Below the pieces are notes generated by a model. It did not search any database. It was not told the origin of the DNA and saw only the letters and a list, made by a program, of their open reading frames with translations. From Actinomycetes bacterium (GTDB taxonomy: Bacteria; Actinomycetota; Acidimicrobiia; Spongiisociales; UBA5794), in NCBI GenBank assembly GCA_023336815.1, contig JAMBLJ010000013.1, forward strand, positions 7,055 to 71,054: 64,000 nucleotides of DNA. Direction: 5' to 3'. The stretch's first letter is position 1, and the number at the start of each line of letters is the position of its first letter. The translations under genes were made by a program, and so were the position numbers. Of the stretch, positions 18,401-27,310 are shown piece after piece.

Positions 18401-18855
18401 GAAGCCTTCTCGGCCTGCTCAAGTGCATCAGAGAGTGTGGCCCATGCAAGATCAGCACACTTGATGCGAACCGGGAATTTCCGAACTCCCTGCAGCGCCT
18501 CGAGATCTCCGAGGACGGAACCTGGGCGGTCAGGATCGACGGGATTCTCGCCCTCTTCGATCGTCATCATGGTCTTGAACTTCGTCGTGAGGTCGCTGAC
18601 CTCCGCAAGCGATTTCCCGATGATTGCATCCATCATCATCGATCCACTCGCCTGTGATATCGAGCAGCCTTGGCCCTGCATCGCCGCATCGGTGATCTTT
18701 CCGTCTTCGATCGCGACGTCGATCGAGAACTCGTCGCCACAGGATGGATTGTTGCCCTCAGCGTGGACATGGGCTCCGTTGAGGGTGCCCCGCTTTCTGG
18801 GGTTGCGGTAGTGGTCGAGAATGACCTCTCTGTACAGCTCATCTAGTTGTGACAT
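18397..18855 (-). CDS. sufU: SufU (NifU-like) Fe-S scaffold / sulfur acceptor
   Basis: Conserved Cys motifs (NPSCGD, GQGCSIS, KCADLAW). 152 aa. Confidence 0.85.
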   Translation of the reverse strand: MSQLDELYREVILDHYRNPRKRGTLNGAHVHAEGNNPSCGDEFSIDVAIEDGKITDAAMQGQGCSISQASGSMMMDAIIGKSLAEVSDLTTKFKTMMTIEEGENPVDPDRPGSVLGDLEALQGVRKFPVRIKCADLAWATLSDALEQAEKAS

Positions 18856-18915
18856 GGCTCGTTGTTTCCAAGTATCGGTGAATGTCAGAGTGTATCTGGC
18901 ATGGATCGGTTGAGA

Positions 18916-20142
18916 TTACGACAGCCCGAAGATCTGTCTTGCCTTGAGGAGACCTTCAGCGAGGGCGTCGACCTCCTCAGGGACATTGTAGAGATAGAAC
19001 GATGCTCGGGCCGTTGCAGGAACACCGAGGTACTTCATCAGGGGTCTCGCGCAATGGTGACCCGCACGAACCGCGATCCCGTCCTGGTCGAGGATGGTGG
19101 CAATGTCATGGGCATGAATGTCTGCCAACTCGAAACTCACGGCCCCTCCTCGTTTGGTTGCGTCCTTGGGCCCATAGACGCGCAGATCGGGGATCTCGGA
19201 CAGTTTCTCGAGCGCATACGTGGTGAGGTCGCGCTCATGCGCAGCGATCACATCCATCCCGATGGCATCGAGATAGTCGACCGCGGCACCGAATCCGACA
19301 GCCTCTGCGATCGGTGGCGTTCCCGCTTCGAACTTGTGGGGGACGGGTGCCCAGGTTGACGTATGACGTTCAACGATGTTGATCATCTCACCACCACCCT
19401 CGGTTGGTTCCATCTCCTCAAGCCGCTCTGGTTTGCCCCACATTGCGCCGATTCCGGTTGGGCCGAGCATCTTGTGTGAGGAGAAGGCAAGGAAGTCGAC
19501 ATCGATCTGGTTCACGTCGACGGGCTGATGAGGTACGAGCTGTGCAGCGTCGAGCACGACGAGAGCGTCTACAGACCGGGCTGCCTGAGAGAGGACATCT
19601 ATGGGTCCGAGAGCGCCCGTTACGTTCGACATTCCAGAGAACGAGACGATCTTGATCCGGTCGTCGATCACGGACTCCAGTTCGCCGATATCCACTGTGT
19701 AGTCGTCGGTAAGTTCAAGGTAGACGAGCTCCGCTCCGGTATGCCTTGCGATTATCTGCCATGGGACGATGTTCGCGTGGTGCTCTGCGATCGTGACGAG
19801 GATCCGATCACCCTGTTTCAGGCGGTCGAGTCCCCAGCCGTACGCTATGTGGTTGATGGCGGTGGTTGTACCTCGTGTGAAGACGGTCTGTGCAGGGTCT
19901 GCTCCGATGAAGCGGGCGACCTTCGACCGAGCGCCTTCGTAGAGCTCCGTAGCTTCAGCCGCGAGGGTGTGGGCACCCCTGTGGACATTGGCATTCGAAG
20001 TTCGGTAGTACGCCTCCATCGCATCCAGAACAGCCACTGGCTTCTGCGTGGTGGCTGCTGAGTCGAGGTAGACGAGCGGGTGACCGTTGATGGAACGCGA
20101 GAGGATCGGGAAGTCCGAGCGCAGGCTCCGCAGGTCGGTCAC
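18916..20142 (-). CDS. sufS: Cysteine desulfurase SufS (class II aminotransferase)
   Basis: PLP lysine motif SSHKMLGPTGIG and C-terminal RAGHHCA active-site Cys. 408 aa. Confidence 0.9.
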   Translation of the reverse strand: MTDLRSLRSDFPILSRSINGHPLVYLDSAATTQKPVAVLDAMEAYYRTSNANVHRGAHTLAAEATELYEGARSKVARFIGADPAQTVFTRGTTTAINHIAYGWGLDRLKQGDRILVTIAEHHANIVPWQIIARHTGAELVYLELTDDYTVDIGELESVIDDRIKIVSFSGMSNVTGALGPIDVLSQAARSVDALVVLDAAQLVPHQPVDVNQIDVDFLAFSSHKMLGPTGIGAMWGKPERLEEMEPTEGGGEMINIVERHTSTWAPVPHKFEAGTPPIAEAVGFGAAVDYLDAIGMDVIAAHERDLTTYALEKLSEIPDLRVYGPKDATKRGGAVSFELADIHAHDIATILDQDGIAVRAGHHCARPLMKYLGVPATARASFYLYNVPEEVDALAEGLLKARQIFGLS

Positions 20143-20915
20143 CCAGAAACCGCTTCTGCCCGGTAGGCATCGTATCCGGTCTCTTCGATCCGGTCGGCAA
20201 GTGATGCCTCGCCGGATTCGACAATGGTTCCATCGAGGAACACATGGACGACATCTGGAGTGATGTAGTCCAACATCCGCTGATAGTGGGTGATGATCAG
20301 AAACCCACGCTCGTCGTTTCTGAGGCGTTCCACACCTTCAGCCACGATCTTGAGCGCATCGATATCGAGTCCTGAGTCGGTCTCGTCGAGGACGGCGAAG
20401 TCGGGTTCCAGCACCGCCATCTGGAGTACCTCATTGCGTTTTCGCTCACCACCCGAGAACCCCTCATTGAGATAACGGTCTGCGAACGACGAGTCCATGG
20501 CGAGTTCCTTCATCGCCTCCATCACCTTGAGTCGGAGTTCAAGCACCGTGTAGTCGGTACCCGTCCGGTTGGACAACGCGGCCCGAAGGAAGTTCACCAT
20601 CGATACACCCGGAATCTCCTCGGGGTACTGGAATCCGAGGAACATTCCTGCCTGACCGCGGGCCTCGGTCGCCATGTTGGTGATGTCCTCGCCCTTGTAC
20701 GTGATCGTTCCGCGCGTGACTTCGTAGCTCGGATGGCCGAGGAGAACGTTCGCAAGCGTTGACTTGCCGGATCCATTCGGACCCATGATCGCATGGGTTT
20801 CGCCGTGCGCGATTGTCAGGCTGACACCTTTGAGAATCTGAATGTCCTCGACGGATGCGTGGAGATCGTCGATCACGAGGAGGGGCTGGTCGGCAGGAGT
20901 TTGCAACATGGCCAT
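20139..20915 (-). CDS. sufC: Fe-S cluster assembly ATPase SufC (canonical copy)
   Basis: GPNGSGKST, FSGGERKR and ITHYQRML motifs. Confidence 0.9.
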   Translation of the reverse strand: MAMLQTPADQPLLVIDDLHASVEDIQILKGVSLTIAHGETHAIMGPNGSGKSTLANVLLGHPSYEVTRGTITYKGEDITNMATEARGQAGMFLGFQYPEEIPGVSMVNFLRAALSNRTGTDYTVLELRLKVMEAMKELAMDSSFADRYLNEGFSGGERKRNEVLQMAVLEPDFAVLDETDSGLDIDALKIVAEGVERLRNDERGFLIITHYQRMLDYITPDVVHVFLDGTIVESGEASLADRIEETGYDAYRAEAVSG

Positions 20916-20942
20916 GAGTGTAATGGGAGGAGGGAGTTCACA

Positions 20943-20971
20943 GTTGACAGTTTTCAGTGAAGTGCGTCAAC
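20943..20971. promoter_or_regulatory. Inverted repeat GTTGAC-N17-GTCAAC 28-56 nt upstream of the sufC-sufS-sufU operon start; candidate operator/promoter element
   Basis: Read in the sequence. Confidence 0.25.
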
Positions 20972-21016
20972 GAGTGCTGCAGACTGATCCTGCCTATAGG
21001 GTCCTCGTCGATTCCT

Positions 21017-21949
21017 TCAGCTCTTGAGTGCGGCGAAGATCCTTTCGAGATGCGGTATGTCGATGTCATCGAGCGGGGAGATGTCCTGAACGTAGAACCG
21101 GCCAACACCCCACGAAGCCATCTGTGTGATCGCATCGGCGGCACGGTCTGGCGTGCCGTGGGGCACGGATCGTGCATCCAGGAAGGCCGAATACTCCTGC
21201 GGTGACATGTCTCGTTTGGCACCCCGCTCGACGAGTGCTGCCTCGTGGTCCTTCTCGGACTCGTACACGAAGCTCGGGCCAGCGAACGAGATCAGGATGT
21301 CCTCGGGATCTCGGCCGGCAGCCGTTGCAGCATCACGCATCACCGAAAGTCTTTGCTCGAGCGTTTCGCCATCGGTTACGAACATGTTGTACTCATCGGC
21401 GTAAGCGCCAGCAAGCCTTGGGGTCTTTCTAGGCCCACCACCTCCCACGACGATCTCGAGTCCTGGAGAGGCCTGGGGTGCGATCGTGTCGTGACTCAGC
21501 GAGTAGTACTCACCCGAAAGGTCTCCGCCCCCAGAAAAGACAGCCCTGATATAGACGAGAGCTTCCTCGAGTCGTGTGAATCGCTCCTTGAGAGGTGGGA
21601 GGTCCAGGCCGAACGCTTCGTGCTCGGACTCCATCCACCCGGTTCCCACACCAAGGGTGAAGCGTCCACCCGACATCTCATCGATCGTGGTTGCTGCCTT
21701 CGCCATGATCCCAGGGTGACGAAAGGTGATCGGTGAGACCAGCGTTGCCAGGCGGATCGTGTCCGTCTCAAGTGCTAGCCCCCCAAGAGTCACCAGCGCA
21801 TCCGTCGCGTCAGCGGAGTGCTCCATGTGGAGGAAGTGGTCGGAACGCGCAAAGACATCGAGTCCGAACCCTTCAGCCCAGCGAGCGAGCTCGACGAGTC
21901 GTCGATACGAGCCGCCCATCTGTGGTTCAACGAACAGTCCTAGTTCCAC
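21017..21949 (-). CDS. LLM-class (luciferase-like) F420/flavin-dependent oxidoreductase
   Basis: LLM family features. GTG start at 21949 is preceded by AAGGAG. Confidence 0.75.
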   Translation of the reverse strand: MELGLFVEPQMGGSYRRLVELARWAEGFGLDVFARSDHFLHMEHSADATDALVTLGGLALETDTIRLATLVSPITFRHPGIMAKAATTIDEMSGGRFTLGVGTGWMESEHEAFGLDLPPLKERFTRLEEALVYIRAVFSGGGDLSGEYYSLSHDTIAPQASPGLEIVVGGGGPRKTPRLAGAYADEYNMFVTDGETLEQRLSVMRDAATAAGRDPEDILISFAGPSFVYESEKDHEAALVERGAKRDMSPQEYSAFLDARSVPHGTPDRAADAITQMASWGVGRFYVQDISPLDDIDIPHLERIFAALKS

Positions 21950-21962
21950 GATGCGCTCCTTG

Positions 21963-22571
21963 TCACCAGCCGCGCTCAATCCATTCGGCGAGTTGCGGTC
22001 TCTCGGTCCCAATCGTCGTCGATTCGCCGTGCCCTGGCAATACCACCGTTGTATCCGGAAGCGTGAACAACTCGGCTTCTATCGATTGGATGATCGTAGC
22101 GAATGAGCTGTGTTCGAAACGGGTAGCGCCGGGTCCGCCGGGAAAGAGTGTGTCTCCGGTGAATACCACCCCATCGAGGATGAGACATACCGAGCCTGGT
22201 GTGTGGCCGGGAGTGAGGGCAACGGTTGCTGTCGTCTCCCCGATCTTGAGCGTGCCAGCCTCGATTTCGACATCCACATCCTTGCCGGCGATCGCTGCGT
22301 CGAGCACATGGATCATGAACGGCACACCGAGTTCGTCCGTGACGGTCGGGATGGCCTGATGATGGTCCCAGTGGCCATGGGTGGTGAACACCGCCGTGAC
22401 GGCAACGCCATCGACCATGGAGAGTATGTTCGCTGGTTCGTCAGCGGCGTCGATGAGGAGCGCATCGCCTGTTGCGGAATCGGTGATGACGAAGACATTG
22501 TTATCGATCGTCCCGACGACGATGCGGTCGACGACGAAGGCCGGAGATGCGAATACCCTTTCGGTGCTCAT
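21963..22571 (-). CDS. MBL-fold metallo-hydrolase (glyoxalase II-like)
   Basis: THGHWDHH metal-binding motif. Confidence 0.75.
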   Translation of the reverse strand: MSTERVFASPAFVVDRIVVGTIDNNVFVITDSATGDALLIDAADEPANILSMVDGVAVTAVFTTHGHWDHHQAIPTVTDELGVPFMIHVLDAAIAGKDVDVEIEAGTLKIGETTATVALTPGHTPGSVCLILDGVVFTGDTLFPGGPGATRFEHSSFATIIQSIEAELFTLPDTTVVLPGHGESTTIGTERPQLAEWIERGW

Positions 22572-22579
22572 GATGTCAC

Positions 22580-23194
22580 TCAGCTGAGCGATTCGAGGAT
22601 GGCGACGAGTTCTGGTGTTTGAATCTGTCCGGCGACCCGCATGGCTACCGTGCCGTCGGAGTTCGTGAAGACCCAATACGGGAAGCCACCGCCCCCGTAC
22701 GCCCGATGCGCCGAGCCCGCCTGATCATCCCGGACCACCGGGACCGTCCAGCCTTCACTCTCGAGCCAGGCCGATGGTGGGTAGTTCGGTCGACCCGAAT
22801 TGACTGAGGTGGTCACCGAGTACAGGTCGACGTCCTCGACATCGCCACCTGCATCGATCCATGCTTGGACACGTGGGACTTCCTGCTGGCAGTTTCCGCA
22901 CCAGTGAGCGAGGAAGACCACACCCTTCGCCCGACCGTCGTCCCCGATGACGACAGGAGTGTCGCTGTAGTCGACACCGCTGAGCGTCGGCGCTGTGAGG
23001 CCGTTGGCGGACGCGTCCTGTGATACGTTCTGAGGCATCGGCGGAAGCGATACACCTTCGATCGTGGGTTCTCCGAACTCGGAGCCAACCTCACTGTTAC
23101 CGAATAGCACGGCAGAGATGAGAAGCAGTACCAGACCGGCACCGATGACACCAGCGATGATGCCGGTCTTGCTCCCTGTACCCGTTTTCGCCAT
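22580..23194 (-). CDS. TlpA/ResA-like thiol-disulfide oxidoreductase (membrane-anchored redoxin)
   Basis: N-terminal TM helix and a WCGNC thioredoxin motif. Confidence 0.75.
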   Translation of the reverse strand: MAKTGTGSKTGIIAGVIGAGLVLLLISAVLFGNSEVGSEFGEPTIEGVSLPPMPQNVSQDASANGLTAPTLSGVDYSDTPVVIGDDGRAKGVVFLAHWCGNCQQEVPRVQAWIDAGGDVEDVDLYSVTTSVNSGRPNYPPSAWLESEGWTVPVVRDDQAGSAHRAYGGGGFPYWVFTNSDGTVAMRVAGQIQTPELVAILESLS

Positions 23195-23212
23195 GTGAGT
23201 CTCCTTGAATTA

Positions 23213-23776
23213 TCAGGCTTGGTCGGATGGTGGTATCGAACGGGCACTATCACCATTGAGTCGATCAGCCCACATCAGGACGATGATCAACAGAAATGCC
23301 GAGAGCGCCATATACGGGATCGTGACGAACCCGAACTCCTTGATATACGGTGCGCTGCATGGTGGCCCGGTTGCCGCGCAAGATCCGGATTCGAGGGAGG
23401 GATACGACTGGATGAGGCGATGCCAGCCAGCGATGCCGGCGCCGATCACAGCGAGGCTCACAGCGTAGAGCCTTGCCTTCGCATCCTTGCGGGCCGCCGC
23501 CAGGAGGAGGATCAGCGCGATCGGATACATGGCGATCCGCTGGTACCAGCAGAACTTGCATGGGATGAGATGGACGATCTCGGACAGGTACAGGCTTCCC
23601 AGAGTGGAGGCGAGGGCGATCCCGCCCGCAAGCCACATGGTCGTGCCTTCCAGAAATGCGAAGGGGCTGTGGTCCTTCTTGCGACCGATGAGGCCGATGA
23701 TGAGGAGGGCAATCGTCGCAATGTTCACAGCGAGAGCGGCAAGAGCGAAGAACGTTCTCATGGTTTCGAACGGCAT
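23213..23776 (-). CDS. Disulfide bond formation protein B (DsbB/BdbC family)
   Basis: Four TM segments. CKFCWYQR motif in the first loop and a second Cys pair (CAATGPPC). Confidence 0.7.
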   Translation of the reverse strand: MPFETMRTFFALAALAVNIATIALLIIGLIGRKKDHSPFAFLEGTTMWLAGGIALASTLGSLYLSEIVHLIPCKFCWYQRIAMYPIALILLLAAARKDAKARLYAVSLAVIGAGIAGWHRLIQSYPSLESGSCAATGPPCSAPYIKEFGFVTIPYMALSAFLLIIVLMWADRLNGDSARSIPPSDQA

Positions 23777-23892
23777 GTGACTCCTATCGAATCTGCCTTT
23801 GCAAGGTACCAGTGCCTGTTGTCAAGTAGCACCCCTCACACGGGCCAGACGGCGGGCGAAGACACCTCCAGCGTTGCCCTACGCTCCTGGTC

Positions 23893-24309
23893 ATGAATGG
23901 ACCCCTGTTCTTCGCTGTGATGATGGCCGTCGTTCTTGCATTCGGTGTCGCCATGTTCTGGCAAGAGTCAAAGAGGATGACCAGTCGCGAGGCGATCTAC
24001 GGTGTAGAGGACTCGATCGAGTTCATCTGGTTGAGTCTGGGGGAGAACCGTCACGGTCTATCACGTGACGACATTCGCCGGATCCTCGAATGGGAGATGC
24101 ACTACCTCCAGCAGCCTGACCTGTGGAGAGAGGATGGCGCACCGATCGTGGGTGGCAGGGCCGCTGCGGCGTACGCTCAAGAGAGATCGCTCGAGTTCGG
24201 TTACCCGTATGAGCCCGACCAGATCTACGCCGTTCTTGATCTTCAGGCTGCCTACCTCGAGGCGATCGGTGCGGTCGGAGAGCCCGTGAATCCTGACGAG
24301 GTCGACTGA
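23893..24309 (+). CDS. Hypothetical membrane-anchored protein
   Basis: N-terminal TM helix (LFFAVMMAVVLAFGVAMFW). No recognisable family. Confidence 0.35.
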   Translation: MNGPLFFAVMMAVVLAFGVAMFWQESKRMTSREAIYGVEDSIEFIWLSLGENRHGLSRDDIRRILEWEMHYLQQPDLWREDGAPIVGGRAAAAYAQERSLEFGYPYEPDQIYAVLDLQAAYLEAIGAVGEPVNPDEVD

Positions 24310-24398
24310 CATCGCATGCGATCGGATCGTCGTGATCGAGACCGCCAATTGAATCCCTGTCATACACTCACTCTGTACGCTGCGATGGGGAATCGCCA

Positions 24399-24851
24399 AT
24401 GACAACTCGATGGATGTTGAAATCCGTACTCATCCTGAGCGCGGCTGTCATCACCTCGTGTTCGTCCTTCGGCAGCAGCGGTTCGGTTGTGCCACCAAGC
24501 GCACCAACATCCACATTCGCCATGCCGGAGCTCGAGTTCGGCAGAGGATCGATGCCTCCGTCGATACCGACCACCTTCCCGATGCCCGAATCAGCTGTTG
24601 TCGGCGCAACCATGATGGCTGGATCTCGGAATCTCACCGAGGTCGTTGCGACCTATCCAGCCGATGTCGATGCGGTGGCGGGTTTCTATACAGCCAATCT
24701 CCCCGGGTCCGGCTATCAGGTAGTGGAATCGGCGGGGACGGCCGGAACGTGGACGATCGCGTTCCGTGGTGAAAGCCTCTCAGGTGAGATTCGGCTTGAC
24801 CCGGTTGCATCGGGAATCACGACGGGAACACTGTCCTTCGTTCACGGCTGA
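24399..24851 (+). CDS. Hypothetical lipoprotein
   Basis: Signal peptide with lipobox (AAVITSCSS). Confidence 0.45.
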   Translation: MTTRWMLKSVLILSAAVITSCSSFGSSGSVVPPSAPTSTFAMPELEFGRGSMPPSIPTTFPMPESAVVGATMMAGSRNLTEVVATYPADVDAVAGFYTANLPGSGYQVVESAGTAGTWTIAFRGESLSGEIRLDPVASGITTGTLSFVHG

Positions 24852-24881
24852 CGCGCTATCGTTGTCTGTGACGCGAGGCAG

Positions 24882-25088
24882 TTGATGGCACGGCTTTCGA
24901 GATTCGAAGAGCACCGGTACGTTGGAACACGCGACGATATGCGGGTGTACGACTGCGACGATGACGACCAGTTCGTTGAACTATCCGAACGGGTAGCCGA
25001 AGAGAGACTCGTCGAGGCGAAGATGTTGCAAACCTTCGCTCCAGACTCGATATCGGATGCACGAAACCGCGGTTTTCGGCCCTTCTGA
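24882..25088 (+). CDS. Small acidic hypothetical protein (68 aa)
   Basis: The ORF fills a gap between genes. No homology recognised. Confidence 0.2.
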   Translation: MMARLSRFEEHRYVGTRDDMRVYDCDDDDQFVELSERVAEERLVEAKMLQTFAPDSISDARNRGFRPF

Positions 25089-25091
25089 CTC

Positions 25092-25712
25092 CTAGGAGTG
25101 TTGGACCATCGTGACGACATCGTCGGCGAGTTTGTCGCGTTTGTTCACGAAGAAATGGTCACTCGACGGGTACGTCTGTATACGTGCACCGATGCTCGCG
25201 GCGTATTCTCGGAGTGCGTCGACGTCAACGAACTGGTCCCGCACCCCCACCACGAACGATCGATTCCCTTGAACGAGCTCTGCCGGTGCAGGGAGTGGCG
25301 GTGAGAGGATGCCGTCCACGGGGGGAGCGATCCCGACGTAGGAGAGATCCGATCCGCTCATCGCTTGCCAGCGAAGTGCCGTTGAGGCACCGAAGGACCA
25401 TCCACAGAGTGCCAACGGATCGCTGCCCGACGATCGCACGAAGTCGATCGCCGCGCCGACGTCGAGCATCTCTCCCTCTCCATAGTCATACGAACCTGTC
25501 GATGAACCGACACCCCGGAAGTTGAACCTCAGAACCGACAGCCCGCCTATGAGGGCGCGTTTCTTGATGGCGTGAAGAATCGGGGTCCGCATGGTACCGC
25601 CGTGCTGAGGGTGAGGGTGACACAGCACCAGCGTGCCGCTCGAGTCGCTCGCATGTTCGTGGATCCCTTCGAGTTCGATGCCGTCCGGGGTCGGGATCGT
25701 GACGGATGTCAC
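25092..25712 (-). CDS. Alpha/beta-fold hydrolase
   Basis: GWSFG nucleophile-elbow motif. 206 aa. Confidence 0.75.
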   Translation of the reverse strand: MTSVTIPTPDGIELEGIHEHASDSSGTLVLCHPHPQHGGTMRTPILHAIKKRALIGGLSVLRFNFRGVGSSTGSYDYGEGEMLDVGAAIDFVRSSGSDPLALCGWSFGASTALRWQAMSGSDLSYVGIAPPVDGILSPPLPAPAELVQGNRSFVVGVRDQFVDVDALREYAASIGARIQTYPSSDHFFVNKRDKLADDVVTMVQHS

Positions 25713-25881
25713 AGCGTCGAGAACCAGATTGCAGTTGCGGCAAGGATGATCAGACCCGCCGCGAGCGACGCCAGGATGAGATAGCGAGTTTGCACGTCGG
25801 AATCGTATCGATCCTGCGGAGCGAGCGACCCGCAGGCGGCTAAACTTTCGTCATCTATCGATCTCTGGAGTCAGACGGTCT

Positions 25882-27255
25882 ATGTATGACATCGCCATCA
25901 TCGGTGGGGGACCGGGCGGATACGCCTCGGCCCTCTACGCCCACAATTTCGGTCTATCCGTCGCGTTGATCGAGAAGGATCGCGTCGGTGGCACGTGCCT
26001 TCTGCGGGGATGTATCCCGGCAAAGACATGGATCGAGTCCTCTCATGTGTTCGCCACCGTTGCCGGCGCTGCTGAATTCGGCGTGCAATCCTCAGCACCG
26101 GAGTTCGTCTGGCCAACAGCTCTTGAGCGCAAGAAGAAGGTCGTCGAACTGCTTGTAAACGGGCTCTCCGGAACGCTCAAGGCGCGAGGCGTCGACGTGA
26201 TCGAAGGTCACGGCCGTATCACCGGTGTGGGTACGGTCTCCGTCGAGGCATCCGATGGGTCGGTGTCCGACGTCGAGGCTCGGAATATCATCATCGCAAC
26301 AGGCTCGGGACCAGCGACGATCCCCGGCTACGAGATCGACGGCACCAACATCGTGACCTCCGACGAAGCGCTTGACTGGTCGACGCAGCCGCGCCGCGTG
26401 GCGATCATCGGTGGGGGCGTGATCGGGGTCGAGTTCGCATCATTCCTCGGCGAGCTCGGGAGCGAGGTCCACATCTTCGAGATGCTTGACCAACTTGTAC
26501 CTGGAATGGAGCCGGAGGCGGCGAAGATTCTTGCGAGATCCTTCCGGCGTCGGTCGATCAAGGCCCACACGGGTGTCGGGGTTGGTCCTGCCCGTATAGG
26601 AGAAGACTCGGTGACTGTGCCCTTCGGCGACGATTCCGTCGAAGTCGATGTCGTGCTCGTAGCGGTGGGTCGTACACCGATCACCTCAGACGTAGGTCTA
26701 GCCGCGGTTGGAGTCCACAGCGATCGCGGTTTCATTTCCGTCGATGCTGCCACGATGCGCACTACCGCCGAGGGCGTGTACGCCGTGGGTGACGTCGTTG
26801 CAGGGACACCCCAACTGGCCCATGTCGGATTCGCTGAGGCCATTGCAGCGGTTACGCACATCGCGACCGGTGATAGTGCCGCTGTGGACTACAACGCGAT
26901 CCCCATGGTTGTGTACACGAATCCCGAGATCGGATGGGTCGGACTTACCGAGGCTGCCGCGGTCGAGAGCGGTGTATCGATCGAGACGGCGGAACATGGA
27001 ATGCGGGGGATCGGCAGAGCGATCATCCAGGGCGAGGTGGGAGGCACTGTGAAGATCGTATCGGAAACGGATGGCCCGATCGTCGGCGCAACGGTTGTCG
27101 GCCCCGGGGCCGGCGAACTGATTCATGAACTCATGTATGCAGTCGGATGGGAAGCACTTCCCGCTGAAGCTGCCTCCTTTATCCACGCACACCCAACGAT
27201 CGCCGAGGCGATCGGTGAGACTCTGCTCGCTTCGGCTGGCAAACCATTGCACTAG
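25882..27255 (+). CDS. lpd: Dihydrolipoyl dehydrogenase (E3)
   Basis: IIGGGPGGY FAD motif. GTCLLRGCIPAK redox-active disulfide. Confidence 0.9.
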   Translation: MYDIAIIGGGPGGYASALYAHNFGLSVALIEKDRVGGTCLLRGCIPAKTWIESSHVFATVAGAAEFGVQSSAPEFVWPTALERKKKVVELLVNGLSGTLKARGVDVIEGHGRITGVGTVSVEASDGSVSDVEARNIIIATGSGPATIPGYEIDGTNIVTSDEALDWSTQPRRVAIIGGGVIGVEFASFLGELGSEVHIFEMLDQLVPGMEPEAAKILARSFRRRSIKAHTGVGVGPARIGEDSVTVPFGDDSVEVDVVLVAVGRTPITSDVGLAAVGVHSDRGFISVDAATMRTTAEGVYAVGDVVAGTPQLAHVGFAEAIAAVTHIATGDSAAVDYNAIPMVVYTNPEIGWVGLTEAAAVESGVSIETAEHGMRGIGRAIIQGEVGGTVKIVSETDGPIVGATVVGPGAGELIHELMYAVGWEALPAEAASFIHAHPTIAEAIGETLLASAGKPLH

Positions 27256-27310
27256 ACAACGAACCGCGAACAGAACGTTTCTCCATACGAGCGTTACAAG
27301 GAGCACACAG

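Noticed and set aside
21733-22359. 208-aa plus-strand ORF overlapping the LLM oxidoreductase and MBL hydrolase genes
   Set aside because: Antisense artefact in a GC-rich region.
27125-27310. 62-codon N-terminal extension of the E2 ORF overlapping the lpd 3-prime end
   Set aside because: The extension is non-homologous. ATG at 27311 is preceded by AAGGAG and begins with the conserved lipoyl-domain start MAFTITMPQLGE.
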